A stretch of 64,000 bases of DNA from an uncultured Planctomycetota bacterium (GCA_963823665.1 CAWGMQ010000007.1:448001-512000), one strand, 5' to 3'. Positions 10,478-22,770 are shown, numbered from the stretch's first letter. A program made the numbers and translations. Notes: generated by a model from the letters alone, not told the origin.

Positions 10478-12926
10478 ATGAATAGTTTTTTGCAAATCAT
10501 TCTGGGAATCGATCGGCCGAAGGGGGCGGATGCGGCCGGGCCTTCGCGGCTGGAGCTTTCTGCGCTTCCACAAGGAGCAACAGCCGCAGCGCTCATCGTG
10601 GCGGCGGTTGTCTTTCTTTGCGTCGTGTGGTGGCTCTACCGGCATGAGCGGCCGGATCTGTCGCGGCTCAAGCGCGGTCTGATGGCGGGGCTGCGGGCGC
10701 TGACGGTGTTTGCGCTCATCGCGATGCTGGTCGAGCCGGTGCTCGTGAGCAGTCACCGCGAGACGATCAAGTCGCATCTGGCGATCATTCTGGATGATTC
10801 GGAGAGCATGAAATTTTCCGATCCGTATACGGACCAGTCCAAAGCGGCCGAGATTGCCTCGAAGATGAAGCTCGAGTCGGCGGGTGCTCGGTCGTCGGTG
10901 GAGCGGCTCCGCGAAACGTCGCGTCTGGATCTGGTCAAGCACGGGCTGCGTGGGAACCTCGACGCGCTGGCGAAGGGGCGCGAGATCTTCCTTTATGATC
11001 TGGAGTCAGCGGCGCGGCCGGGCTCCGGTGAATCGGCGCAAAAGCGCACGCTGGACGACGTTCAGCCGAACCGGCCGATCTCGCCGGTGGGGGACGCGAT
11101 TCACGGCGTGCTGGCGGGGCATCGGGGGCAGCCGGTGGCGGGCCTGGTGATCGCGAGCGACGGACGGTCGAATGCGGGCGAAGAGCCGCTCAAGGCGATC
11201 GAGACGGCCGTACGGCAGAACATTCCGATCTACGCGGTTGCGGCCGGAGGGGCGGAAGGGCCGCGGAATGTGCGGCTGGCGGAGGTGGAAGCGAGCCCGG
11301 TCGTGTTCGTCCGCGACCCCACCATTCTGGCCGTCGTGGTGGAGGCGCGCGGGCTGCGCGACGCCGAGGCGACGATCGTGCTCGAACAGCGAATCAACGA
11401 AAATGAGTGGGAAAGCGTGGGCAGGGAGCGGGTGGTGCTGGGAGAAGACGGGATCCTCAAGCGCACGACGTTTCGGATCACGCCCAAGGTTGTCGGTCAG
11501 TATGAGTTCCGCGCCAAGGTTGAGGATGCCGGGCCCGAGCTGACGCAGGAGGACAACGTGGCGACGGCTGCGGTGAAGGTGGTGCGGCAGCAGATCCGGT
11601 TGCTCTTGATCGCGGGGTCGCCGTCGCCGGAGGTGCAGTTCCTGCGGAATGCGCTGATGCGCGATCAGCGAGTGGAATTTGCCGGCTGGCTGCAACATGC
11701 GGATCCCGGATTTCGCCAGCCGGGGGACCGCCCGATCACGCCGCCTGCCGAATGACTCGGCCGAGCTGAGAAACTACGACGCTCTTTTGCTGGTTGACCC
11801 GGATTTGCGTGCGCTTGGTCCGCAATGGCCGGAGATGATCACGCACTTCGTCGGCCAGGAAGGCGGGGGTGTGATTTTCGTGGCGGGCGAGCTTTATTCT
11901 CAGCAGCTTTTCGAGGCGGCAGATGGCAAGGGACCTGCCGGGGACTGGACGAAGATCTTGCCGATCGTGCGGGACCCTGGGCTCTTCCGCACGGAGGCCG
12001 AGGTGCGGCTGTCGAGCCAGTCGACTTATGGGCTGGAGCTTTCTCCCGAAGGTCGCGGCGATCCGGTGTTCGAGTTCAACGCCGATCCGATTCGCAACCG
12101 CTCGATCTTGACGAGCCTGCCGGGCATGTACTGGAGCTTTCCGGTGACGAGGTCACGGCCGGGGGCGACGGTGCTGGCGCGGCATGGGGACCCGCGGATG
12201 CAGAACCAGTACGGCCGGCAGACGCTGCTTGCGTCTCAGCTTTATGGACCTGGGCGGACGGTTTTCATCGGGTTTGACAGCACGTATCGCTGGCGCTATC
12301 TGTCGGAAGATTACTTCGATGGCTTCTGGGCTCGCCTGGTCGATCGAGTGGGCCGAAGCAAGGCGCTGGGGGGGCGGTTTCCGTTCACGGTGCACCTGGG
12401 GAAGAGCGTGTACCGGGTGGGGGACCAGGTTCAGGTGGGCGTGCGCTACACGGACCCGGCCGCTCTTGCGGAGGGGACGGAGCTGGCCGCGGATCTCGAG
12501 ATCGCCGGCCAGCCGCCGGAGCCGTTGCGGTTCGAGCGAGTGGCAGATGATCCGGGGTTGTTGACAGCCACGTTTCCGGCGGCGCAGGCGGGAGCGTATT
12601 CGCTGCGGATCGTGCCCACGACCGCGGCGACGGGGGGCTCGGACATCCGGGCGTCGACCACGACGTTTCGCGTCGAGCCGCCCAAGCGAGAGATCGACGA
12701 GCCGTCGCTCAATCGTCCGCTGCTCACGGAGCTGGCGCGGTTGACCGGGGGGCGGGTTTTTGAGCTGGCAGACCTACGTGAGCTGGACGCGGCGATTCCG
12801 ACGCGCGAGGTGACGCGGACGCTGGAAACGCGGGATGAGCTGTGGGATGCGCCGCTGTTTTATGTGACGATCTTGACCTGCTTGACGGTGGAATGGGTGC
12901 TGAGGAAGAAGTATCGGATGGTGTAG
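10478..12926 (+). CDS. vWA plus glutamine-amidotransferase-like membrane protein (frameshift near 11745)
   Basis: N-terminal TM helices, LDDSESM MIDAS, SDGRSN; continues in ORF 11679..12926 with TYRWRY...FWARLV and a C-terminal EWVLRK. Confidence 0.82.
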
Positions 12927-12994
12927 GGGGGCCTGATGAAAAGCGGACCGTTTTCTGTTGCGCTACAGTTTAGTGATGGCGGCCGCCGGGACGA

Positions 12995-13028
12995 CCCCCC
13001 CTGGCCCCCCCTTCTAAAAGGGGGGAAA
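12995..13028. repeat. REP-like palindrome, copy 3
   Basis: Intergenic copy matching 1619 and 5107. Confidence 0.8.
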
Positions 13029-13134
13029 CTTAGTGTAGGGGCGGTGGTTTGACTCGGTACTTAAACGCGGTTTAGAGGATTAGACGGATCGTCAGGCAGA
13101 AGCCTGACCTACCGGGGAAATCGTCAGGCGAACC

Positions 13135-15360
13135 ATGGCGACTGTTCTTGAACTACCGACGCTTGATCGGCTTCGTGAAGAGCAGCGGGCGCTGCGCGCG
13201 GTGCTGATGCGGCTGCGCAGGCGATTGCGGCTGGAGCTGTTGCTGGAGTTCGGGGCGGATGCCCTGATCGTTCTCGCCGTGACCGGGGCGATTCTTGTTT
13301 TCCTGGATTTTTGGTTTCGATTCGGCGTGCAGGTGCGTCTTGTCTTGCTGTTGCTCGCACTGGCGGGGGTGCTTGTCTTTCTGGGACTACGGGCATTCCG
13401 GCGGTATCAGGCGTCACGGCTTGACGAGCTCACGCTGGCGATGACGCTGGACCGGCACCGGCCGGGGACCGGCCAGCAGATTGCCGATGTGCTTCAGCTT
13501 CCGGAGCTGCTGGATGAGGAGGGGTCGACGGTTTCGCGGGCGATGGTGCGACAGGCGGTGCAGCGCGCGACCGCGGCGCTAGCTGGATCGGATTGGCGCA
13601 CGCTCTGGAATCGCAAGCGCACGGCTCTGGCAATTGCGGCGGTGGTCCTGGGGTTGCTGCTGCCGCTCTGGTTCCACCGGGTCGCTCCGAGGGCGGCTCG
13701 GCTGAGTGCGGCGCGGTGGCTGCTTGGGTCGTCGCAGCGATGGCCGCAGCGGACTTATCTCACCGTGATGGGCTTGAACGCGGCCGGGGAGCTTCTGGTG
13801 CCTCGCGATGAGCGATATCCAGTCGAGGTGCGATCGGACCTGCCCCTGGTCGAACCCCAGGGGGACGACTGGATTGTTCATGGGCGCGGCGAGCCGACGC
13901 TGATCTGGTCGAGGCCGTCGGCTGCGGTTGCTCCTTCGTCGGTGCTGATCAACGAACGGACTGCGGAAGGCAAGGTGAGGAAGGCGGCGATGTCGGAGGC
14001 GGGGCCCGACCGGTTCACGTTCGAGCTGCCGCCGTCGTCGAGCTCGTCGGCGATTGACCTGGCCGGAGGAGACGACTGGCTGGGGCCACTGACGGTGACG
14101 CGGGTCGATCGGCCGTCGCTTGCCGAGACAAGGGTTCGTGTCAAGGAGCCGGGCGCCACGTACACCGGCTTCCGCGCCGTGGAGGATGCGCGGGAGCATC
14201 TGCTTTTCTTGCCCGACACGGAGATCGAGCTGACGCTGGTGGGCACCGAAGCGATCTCGGAGAGCCAGGTGAAGATCCAGGCGGGAAAGACCCTGACGCT
14301 TGCGCGGGGCGACGATCGCTCGTTCACGACGACCTGGAAGCTCACCGAAGCAACGACGCTCGAGATCCTTTTGAAGTCGGCCAGGACGGCGCTTTCTTCG
14401 AAGCCGACGTTCCTCTCGATCGGGCTGCTCAAGGACCGTGCGCCGCGGGTGACGCTACGCGCCCTGGGGACGGGCGGCCATGTGACCCCGATCGCGACAA
14501 TTCCGCTTTCGATCAGTGCGACCGACGATTTTGGTCTGGGGGCACTTCGCTTGCAGGTTGATCGGACGACGAGCACGGACGACAAAGCCGCGCCGGTGAC
14601 CACGCGGGCGACCCAGGCCTTGCCGCTGGTGATTGAGAAGGACCGCCCGCTGCTTGATCATCAGGTGCGCCACGAAGTGGTTTTGCAGGCCGACCCGCCT
14701 CGAATCGGCACGATCATCCGGTTCGTGGCGGAGGCGGACGACCGATGTGCCAACGGCAAGCAGACCGGCCGATCGAGTGCACTGCAAGTTCAGGTGGTCT
14801 CACCGGACGAGCTGTTTTACGAGATCCTGGTCCGGCAGCGGGCCGAACGGGCCAAGTTCCTGGCGGCACTCGAGGCCGTGGAGAAGCAGACGCCGGTGCT
14901 GGCGGGGCAGCCGACGGCGGCCGACTTCCAGAAGGTGATGCGGGTTCATCACACGGGGGCGCGGCAGCTCGAGCAGATCGCCGGGCGCGTGGCCGACACG
15001 CTGCAGGAGATGAAGCTCAACCAGGTGGGATCGCCCAAGTCGCACCGGCTGCTGCAACAGGCGATCATCGACCCGATTCGCGAGCTTGCCACCGGCCCGA
15101 TGAACCAGGCGCGGAGTGTGCTGCAGGCGCTTTCCGGTGCGGCATCGACGCCTGGCGCGAGCGAAGCCGAGGCCCGGCGACTGCATGCGGAAGTTGTTAC
15201 AAAAATGAGGAATATCCTGGACCAGATGTCGCAGTGGGAGAGTTTCGTCGATGTTGTCAACCAGGTCGCCGAAGTGATCAAGATGCAGCAGAAGGTGCTC
15301 AAGGACACCGAGAAAGCGCGGGAAACGCGGACGCGTGAGGTGTTTGATGATAAGCCGTGA
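13135..15360 (+). CDS. DUF4175-like membrane protein with Ig-like domains and coiled-coil C-terminus
   Basis: Three N-terminal TMs, DRAPRV and ATDDFGL motifs, helical tail; typical member of MoxR-vWA clusters. Confidence 0.7.
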   Translation: MATVLELPTLDRLREEQRALRAVLMRLRRRLRLELLLEFGADALIVLAVTGAILVFLDFWFRFGVQVRLVLLLLALAGVLVFLGLRAFRRYQASRLDELTLAMTLDRHRPGTGQQIADVLQLPELLDEEGSTVSRAMVRQAVQRATAALAGSDWRTLWNRKRTALAIAAVVLGLLLPLWFHRVAPRAARLSAARWLLGSSQRWPQRTYLTVMGLNAAGELLVPRDERYPVEVRSDLPLVEPQGDDWIVHGRGEPTLIWSRPSAAVAPSSVLINERTAEGKVRKAAMSEAGPDRFTFELPPSSSSSAIDLAGGDDWLGPLTVTRVDRPSLAETRVRVKEPGATYTGFRAVEDAREHLLFLPDTEIELTLVGTEAISESQVKIQAGKTLTLARGDDRSFTTTWKLTEATTLEILLKSARTALSSKPTFLSIGLLKDRAPRVTLRALGTGGHVTPIATIPLSISATDDFGLGALRLQVDRTTSTDDKAAPVTTRATQALPLVIEKDRPLLDHQVRHEVVLQADPPRIGTIIRFVAEADDRCANGKQTGRSSALQVQVVSPDELFYEILVRQRAERAKFLAALEAVEKQTPVLAGQPTAADFQKVMRVHHTGARQLEQIAGRVADTLQEMKLNQVGSPKSHRLLQQAIIDPIRELATGPMNQARSVLQALSGAASTPGASEAEARRLHAEVVTKMRNILDQMSQWESFVDVVNQVAEVIKMQQKVLKDTEKARETRTREVFDDKP

Positions 15361-15534
15361 GGCCTCAAATAAAATCAGGATTCGCATGCTGCAAACCCCG
15401 CGCGAAGATGGTAGGATCAGAACCGACTACACTCGTCGTAAGACGGGCACCCCGGTGCGGCAACAGCCCGGGGTGCTGTGTCCTCTTCGCTCTTTTGTCG
15501 CCCGAATGAGTGGACCTAACCGGAGGAAAAGCTG

Positions 15535-16056
15535 ATGAGGATCGGTATTATTGCAGTTGGTGGGGCCGGCCTGCTCTCGTGCGTTCTGTGCCTTTCGGCC
15601 AGTGCAGAGGGGCCCATCACGACCATTTCCGGCAAGATGACCACGGTTGCCGGCGATCTGGCCAAGACCGTGACGGGCGAGCCGGTACAGACCCGGCAGA
15701 AAGAGATCGTCAAAGACCTGGATGACCTGATCGCGTCGCTGGAAAAACAATGCCAGCAGTGCAAGAACGGCATGGTGAAGAACAATCCGACTCGCCCGGC
15801 GCGTGAATCGACCATTCGCAAGGGCACTGGCGGCGTCGGCGATCTGGTCAATCCTGCGGAAGGGAGCAAGGACTGGGCAAAGATCTCGCCGAGAGAGCGC
15901 GACCGCATTCTGCAGTCGATGTCGGAAGGCTTCCCCCCCGAGTATCGCCTGGTCCTCGAGCGTTACTACCGACGTTTGGCGGAGGAAAAGACCATTCCCG
16001 CCGGAGCGGACAGCTCGAAGAGCAAGGCCGAACCGACCCGGACCGAGGGCGAGTGA
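15535..16056 (+). CDS. Secreted hypothetical protein of the MoxR/vWA cluster
   Basis: Signal peptide; QKEIVKDLDDLIASLE and W..ISPRER...FPPEYRLVLERYYRRL motifs; AGGA RBS. Confidence 0.75.
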   Translation: MRIGIIAVGGAGLLSCVLCLSASAEGPITTISGKMTTVAGDLAKTVTGEPVQTRQKEIVKDLDDLIASLEKQCQQCKNGMVKNNPTRPARESTIRKGTGGVGDLVNPAEGSKDWAKISPRERDRILQSMSEGFPPEYRLVLERYYRRLAEEKTIPAGADSSKSKAEPTRTEGE

Positions 16057-16071
16057 GCCATAGGATCTGCG

Positions 16072-19013
16072 ATGTTCAGCGCGACTCTCGTCGTCATCTC
16101 GCTGACCGCCCTGGCGGGTGCGGGCGCGAATTCTGAGTATTCCCGCACACTCAGCTTATCGGCTCTCGATCAAGCCGCTTTTGACGCCGAAACTTACGGC
16201 GAGAAAGCAGGCCTAAAACGAGAAGCCGATGGGCTGCGGATGACCCTGGCCCCCGGGCAGGCGGAAACCGGCTGGAAGACGCCGCAGCAAATAAAATTCG
16301 GCGGCGACTTCACGATCACGGCGACCGTGGTCATCAAAACCCTTCCCAAGCCGGCCCAGGAAGACGGCGCCGCGCTGGGCTTGGCGATTGCCTTTCAGGA
16401 CATCAACCAGCCGGACGGCACGCTGCTCCGAATGCGCGAGCCGAAAGGGCCGGATGTATATCGGTTCATCGACAAGTCCGCGATCAACGCGGCACAGCAA
16501 CAACAGCAGCAGATGCAAATGCAGATGCAGCAGGGCTTTATGGGCGCGGCAAAGCCGCCGAAGGTTCCACGCCCCACGTTTCCGGCTTCGGGCGAGCAGG
16601 TTCGTTTGCAGATCACGCGTGAGGGCCAGATTATTCGCTTCCAGGTGATCGACGTGGCGACCGGGCAGTCGCGTTACCTGGGGCAGGCGCAGCTTGGGCC
16701 CAACGATGTCGCTTCGGTGAAGTTGTTCGTGGCGAATCGCAATGGCGCTGAGCCGATCAACGTGCTGTGGCGTGATCTGACGGTGCGGGCCGAGCGGATT
16801 AACGGGCTGGGGACGATTGTCCGAACCGTGCTTGGGGAAGTGGTTTACGCCGACCCGACTTCGATCGAAAACGATGTTCTGGTGCTGGGGGGCCAGCCCA
16901 AGGCTCCGCCTCAGCCGCCAGCGAAGCCGGGAGCAGCGCCGGGCGCTGCACCGGGCGGTGCTCCGGCCGCGAAGGATGGGCAGCCAGCCGCGGCACCGGC
17001 GGCTGTGAAAGGGGCGGCGGCACCTGCTGCGGTGGCGGCGCCTCCCGCGGGCGCGGTGGTGAAAGCGGTGGCCGTGATGAAGGTTCAAGCCGTACCGGCG
17101 GGCAAGGGCGTGGTTGTGATGAATGCGGGGCAGGTCCAGGCGGCGATGGCGGATCCATTTGGGCCGGCCGGACCGGGGCCGGCGGTTCCACGGGCGGGCG
17201 GCCCTGGTGCTTCTGGGGGTCAAGCTGCCCAGGCGCCGCCCAAACCCAAGGCGAAAGTCCCGATGGATGAGCTGGAGAGTATCCGCTTCGAACGCACGCC
17301 GGCGATGGCGGCCCGGTTCATGGGACAGCCGAATGCCGACTTCACGATGCCTGGCTTGAGCGCCAAGAAGGAAGAACCTCCCAAGAAAGAGGAACCGGCC
17401 AAGAGCGCGGAGCCTGCGAAGATGGTCGACGCGGGCAAGAGCGAGCCCGCGAAGAAGAAGGGCGAGGGCGAAAAGAAGGCGGAGGCTGAGAAGGCCGTGG
17501 CAGCCAAGCAGGGCGCGGCCGTCAAGAAGGCTGCCGCCGTGGCGAAGAAGGAAGAGCCGAAGGCGCCCCGGCTGACGACGTGCTTGCGCCGCCGCCGGGT
17601 ACCACGATCACCAAGATCGCCAAGCTCGAGCCCAAGAAGAACGGCATCCGCGACATGAATATCGCGCTCTTCGGGCTAAGAGACAAGGCGATCAAGCAGG
17701 TGATGATCAACTGCCAGACGGCGAGCGGCCCGGTGGCCTGGCGGCTAGATACGTCGGACTCACAGGACTGGCCGGTGGTGATTCAGCGCGCAGGTGTCGG
17801 GCCGACGGCCGACATCTTTCTCGAGCCGCCGCCGGGCGACTGCTTCGAGAAAGACTTCACGATCAACATCAATTACGAGGACGGCCAGGCTGCCAACGTG
17901 AACACGAAGGCGGCGCTGCACAGCGACGCCAAGCTCGCGGTCGACGCGAAAGCGCCGAGCGGCATTCGGCCCGACGTGTGGGTTTACCTCACCGGGGACG
18001 AACTGCTCTTCGGCAAGCTCGAGGGAATCGGCCCGGATACGTTGCGATTCACGACGCCGTGGCAAGACAAGCTCGAGGTGCCGCTTTCGCGGGTGGCCGG
18101 AGCGCACATCGGTTTGCTCGATCGTAAGGAGACCGTCGAGGCGTTTCGCAAGCGGCTGGAATCGCGAGGGGCCGAGGACGTTCTGCTTGCCCAGACGAAG
18201 AATGGGGAGGTCCTGGCCATCGCGGGTGTGGTCGAGGGGACAGATGCCGAGAAGCTGCGGTTTCGTTATCAAGATAAGACCCGGACCATCGCGCTCAAGC
18301 AGGTTGAAGGGGTGATCATGGCCTCGCGGCCGGAGGCACGGGGGCTGGACGAGCTGCGGCCGACGTTCACGCTGCCCAACTCGGTGGTGATCTCGGGTAA
18401 GTGGAAAGATCTTGATACGAGCACATGGAAGATTGTCACCAAATGGGGGCAAGAGCTCAATCTGCCGGCGGGCGACGTCCAGGACGTGCGATTCCGGGGA
18501 GGCAAGGTGACGTTCCTGTCGGACTTGATACCACTCAAGGTCGAGGAAGCGCCTTACTTCGGACATCGCTTTCCCTGGCGGCACGACGTGAACCTGCTCG
18601 GAGAGTCACTCAAGATCAACGGCCAGAGCTTCGATCGAGGCCTGGCGGTGCATTCACGCTGTATCCTCACGTACGACCTGGGCCGACGGTATTCCCGATT
18701 CGAGGCGATTGTCGGCTTCGACGACGCGGCGCGAGGCAAAGGGCGGGTGGATTGCCGCGTCTTTGCCGACGGCAAGGAGATCTATGCAAATCCCGACCTT
18801 CGCGCTGATGCGCCCCCGGTGAAGCTCTCGCTTCCGGTAGCGAATGCCGAGGAGCTGCGGTTGCACGTCGATTTCGGCCAGGGACAGGATACCGGCGACC
18901 GGGTGATCTGGGCGAACGCCCGCTTGTACCGGCCGCAGGCCGGCAAGGTTTCGGCGCACGGGCAGACGACACCGAGCGAACTTGCAAGGGGCTCGCAGGC
19001 TGGACCTCGCTGA
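16072..19013 (+). CDS. Large secreted protein with Ala/Pro/Lys linker and C-terminal NPCBM/NEW2 domain (frameshift near 17570)
   Basis: ORFs 16072..17658 plus 17580..19013. C-terminal RGLAVHS..LTYDLG..FEAIVGFDD..VFADGKE..WANARL motif. Confidence 0.78.
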
Positions 19014-19052
19014 GCGAAAACAGAGCACCGAAATACATCCAAGTCCAAAGTC

Positions 19053-20705
19053 ATGAGCAAGTACATTGTTCGTTTCGTTGCGGTGATGATCGGGGTGCTC
19101 CTGGTCACTACGATCGGCGTGATGGCGCTGGACGACAAGGCCGAGTCACCGATTGAAGTCTACGAGTGGTCGGTCTGGGTGGGTAATCCTGCTCAGCCGG
19201 CGCTCAATGCCTCGCGCATTTACAACAACGCGATGCCTGGCGTCGTGGGCACGAGCCGGCCGAAGCTCGAAGAGAAGGAGGCGGCATCGCGCTTTCCGCT
19301 CTCGCCGATATCGGTGGTGCAGTTCTTCGGCTCTGAAGCCCGCGACGTGGACGTGGATCTCAAAGTGAAGAAGGGCACATTCCTGGCTCACTGGCCGGCC
19401 AGCAACGAGCGCGGGGGACGGCTCCAGTGGTTCAAGTCGGACTTGTCGAATGCCGCCCCTTCGCAGATTCCGCCGAGTTACCTGCCTGAGACGCACTGGC
19501 TGGCAAAACTCCGTGACGCAGACTCGGCGCTCTATCTGAAGTACGAGTCTCACTTCGAGCGATTCATCACGTACGACACCGAGCTGTCGCTGCCGATTCC
19601 GCTGCGCATTCGCGGCGGACCGGACGAATACACCTTGCAGAATCTTTCGGGCCAGCGGCTGCTTGATGTGGCGATCATCGTGCCGACGCCCGAGGGCTAC
19701 CGGGTCGGATGGCTCGATGAGCTGCCGACCGCCGCGCCTGAAGACGAGAAGGAAAAGGAAAAGAAGAAGAAAGACGAGGATGTGGCCAAGAAGAAGACCG
19801 AAAAGGAGAAAGCCGACGCCTTCTTCAAAGAAGACGAAAAGAAGAAGAAGGACGACGAGCCGCCGCCGCTGCCTGCCGAGGGAGATGCGAGTGTCAAAGC
19901 CAGGGTCGACCAGCAGCTCAACCGACCGGTCGTCGTGACAGTCGAAAAGGCTCCGCGGCGCAACGTGCTGGACATGATCACCGGTCAGATTCGACTGCGG
20001 TATGAGCTGGACGATCGCACGCTGGCGCAGGCCGACATCAATCTCACGCAGACAACGAGCATGAACGCCAACGGCATCGCCGCTCGCGACGCCCTGGCCG
20101 AGTTGCTCGGCAACCTGGGGCTCAGCTACCGTGTCGCCGACGACGGCCGGCTCTTCATCACCACAGCGGCGCGGCTCTCCGAGGATGCGAGCAAGAAAGG
20201 CGCCGTGATCGAGGGCCCGCCCGTCAAGGTGGTGATGCCGCCGGCGATGAAGGCGTCGAACCCATCGTATGCCGAAATCACACGGCTGGCGCTGGCCCGC
20301 CGTATGGCGGGGCAAGGCCAGCGCGAAAGCGTCGTGCAGACGCTCTTGTCCCAGTACGGCAAAGCCCTCTTCGAGCCGCCGGAGCTGATTGTTCTGGTTC
20401 ATCTGTCGCGGGCCGCGATTGACGATGCGATTGCCCTCGACGTGTTTCCGCCACCCAAGAAGCTGGTGAGAACGGCCCTCCTTGTTGTGCATGGCGTCGA
20501 CCCGCGCCTTCAGGACCGCGCACGGGCGCTGGTCCAGCAGCTTGGCGACCAATCCCCGAGGGTGCGGGATACGGCTGAGAACAACCTTTCCGCGATGGGG
20601 CCCGTCGCCGTGCCCGCACTCGAAGACGCGCTGATCAACAAGGATGTGGAGATCGTCTTCCGCGCCGAAAGGCTGCTGCTGAAACTGAATCGACCAGTGC
20701 CGTGA
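19053..20705 (+). CDS. Secreted protein with VYEW N-terminal domain, STN-like domain and C-terminal HEAT repeat
   Basis: Signal peptide; ARDALAELLGNLGLSYRVADDGRLFIT (STN-like); LVQQLGD..RVRDTA..L..MGP.AVPAL (HEAT). Confidence 0.65.
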   Translation: MSKYIVRFVAVMIGVLLVTTIGVMALDDKAESPIEVYEWSVWVGNPAQPALNASRIYNNAMPGVVGTSRPKLEEKEAASRFPLSPISVVQFFGSEARDVDVDLKVKKGTFLAHWPASNERGGRLQWFKSDLSNAAPSQIPPSYLPETHWLAKLRDADSALYLKYESHFERFITYDTELSLPIPLRIRGGPDEYTLQNLSGQRLLDVAIIVPTPEGYRVGWLDELPTAAPEDEKEKEKKKKDEDVAKKKTEKEKADAFFKEDEKKKKDDEPPPLPAEGDASVKARVDQQLNRPVVVTVEKAPRRNVLDMITGQIRLRYELDDRTLAQADINLTQTTSMNANGIAARDALAELLGNLGLSYRVADDGRLFITTAARLSEDASKKGAVIEGPPVKVVMPPAMKASNPSYAEITRLALARRMAGQGQRESVVQTLLSQYGKALFEPPELIVLVHLSRAAIDDAIALDVFPPPKKLVRTALLVVHGVDPRLQDRARALVQQLGDQSPRVRDTAENNLSAMGPVAVPALEDALINKDVEIVFRAERLLLKLNRPVP

Positions 20706-20721
20706 AGCTGGAGGGGATAGC

Positions 20722-21757
20722 ATGATGCGAATCAAACGGCTACTGGTGACCGGCTGCTGCGGATTCATCGGCTCGAATTTCGTCCGCTTCGTGCTCGAGT
20801 CGGATCCGAACATCGAAATCACCAATCTTGATGCGCTCACTTATGCGGGAAATCCCGATAACCTGGCAGAGATCGAGAAGAGCCCGCGCTACCGATTCGA
20901 GCTGGGGGACATCGCCGAAGGGCCCATGGTGCTGGCCCTGGTGGCGGACGGAAAGTTCGACGCGGTCGTGAACTTCGCGGCCGAAAGCCACGTCGACCGC
21001 TCGATCAACGACGCGACGCCGTTTCTGCGCACCAACGTGGTCGGTACGCAGTGTCTGCTGGACGCGGCCCGTGCAGCGGGTGTGCCGCGGTTTGTGCAAG
21101 TCTCGACCGATGAGGTTTACGGCACTCTGGGCCCGGATGACCCCGAATTCTCTGAGACCACGCCGCTGGCACCCAACAGCCCTTATGCCGCCAGCAAGGC
21201 CGGCGCGGATCTTCTGGTACGCGCGGCCCACCACACGTTCGGCATGGACACGGTCATCACCCGATGCTCGAACAATTACGGCCCGTTTCAATTTCCCGAG
21301 AAGTTGATCCCGTTGTTCATTACCAATGCGATGGCCGAGGTTCACGTGCCGGTGTACGGAGACGGCCGCCAGGTACGCGATTGGATTCACGTCCTGGATC
21401 ACTGCCGCGGCATCGACGCGGCCCTGCGCCGGGGCCGCGCGGGCGAAGTCTACAACTTCGGTGGACGTAGCGAACGATACAACATTGACGTCACTCGCAC
21501 GATTCTCCGGCTCTGTGGCAAGACGGAAGGTTCTCATTCGCTACGTCACCGACCGGCCGGGGCACGATCGACGTTACGCGATCAACTGTAATAAGGCCGA
21601 ATCGGAATTGGGGTGGCGCCCGACCGTGTCCTTCGAAGACGGACTCGCGGATACGGTCTCGTGGTACAAAGCGCACACGCGCTGGATCGAGCGTGTTCGG
21701 TCGGGCGCGTATCGCGGTGGTCAATCGGAGAGCAGCGCCCCAAAGGCGGAAACTTGA
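20722..21757 (+). CDS. rfbB: dTDP-glucose 4,6-dehydratase (frameshift near 21525)
   Basis: VTGCCGFIGSNF, LDALTYAGN, AAESHVDRSI, STDEVYG, YAASK; DRPGHDRRYAI in the second frame. Confidence 0.93.
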
Positions 21758-21860
21758 AAGCAGCTTCGACCCAGCCGCGTCCTTTACCGCGTCCGGGATC
21801 GCCGGTTTCCCGTGGGGGCGATGCGGCGCCCGAGGCGAAGTCGCCGCCATGTCTAAAAGT

Positions 21861-22770
21861 TTATGGGCTGGTGAAGGTCACACCAGTTCCCGATACGAAG
21901 CCGACGGTCGGCTGGAGGTTTGCGGCCGCACCGGTGTTGAACGTCGAGAGTAACGTTGTGACATTATTGGTGAACTGCGTCTGGAATGCCCCTAAGGCTT
22001 GGGACATTGCCGTGTCGACGCTGTTGATCGCCGTGTTCATCGCGCTAACGGCCTGCGTGAACGAGTTACTGAAGGTTTGCGTGCTGATGATGCCGATTCC
22101 GGTTGTCGCTGGCGTGGTCGTAGCTCCAGTCGTTGTGCTTGCGCCACTGCCCACCTTGCTCAGCGAGCTGCTGGCAGTGCTGATCTGACTGGTTGCAGCG
22201 CTTATCTGGCTCTGGACTCTTGACGTGAGGGAGTTGACAGCGCTTGTGAGACCGGCGCGGGCGAGATCGAAGTTGTTTTCGAGCGCGTTTGCCGGAACGC
22301 CCAATTGCAGACTGAGCTTGTCCAGCGGCTTCGCAACGATTCCGAACTCCTGCTCGAAGCCGTTGTTGAGCTGAGTCACCCGGGTGTTGAAGGAGGAGAC
22401 GATCTGTTCCAGTTGATTGTTGATCGCCTGAGCGTGGCTCACCAAACCGACCGGGGAACTCACATTCACGCTGGCGTTCACGCGTTGGACCTGCACTTGC
22501 GCGGACAGCCACGCGTGCGAACACGCTCTCCAAGTAATCGGTCCGGTTGACGACGAACGATTTGAGATGTTTCGAGTTGGCCATGAATCCGTGGTCGACC
22601 CGATCGAGCGCTCGCTCGAACGTCCGCACCTGGGCGACACTGAACGGACTCGGTGCCGGCAGCGGAGTGGCGGGTAGGGGGACGCCAGCGTTCAAGGCGA
22701 GACGGTCTTCGAGCATCTCAGCGGAACCAACGAACTTGCGCTTTCTGGATTTGGATTGGCAGCGGCTCAT
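21861..22770 (-). CDS. Secreted Ser/Thr-rich helical protein with planctomycete LEPR-XLL-type leader (frameshift near 22510)
   Basis: N-terminal RKRK...EMLEDRLAL in ORF 22066..22770; continues in ORF 21861..22640. Confidence 0.6.

Noticed and set aside
15424..15470. CGACTACA motif (also at 1853) and GCACCCCGG/CCGGGGTGC hairpin as shared regulatory site
   Set aside because: An 8-bp match and a hairpin with no U-tract are too weak to support a call.
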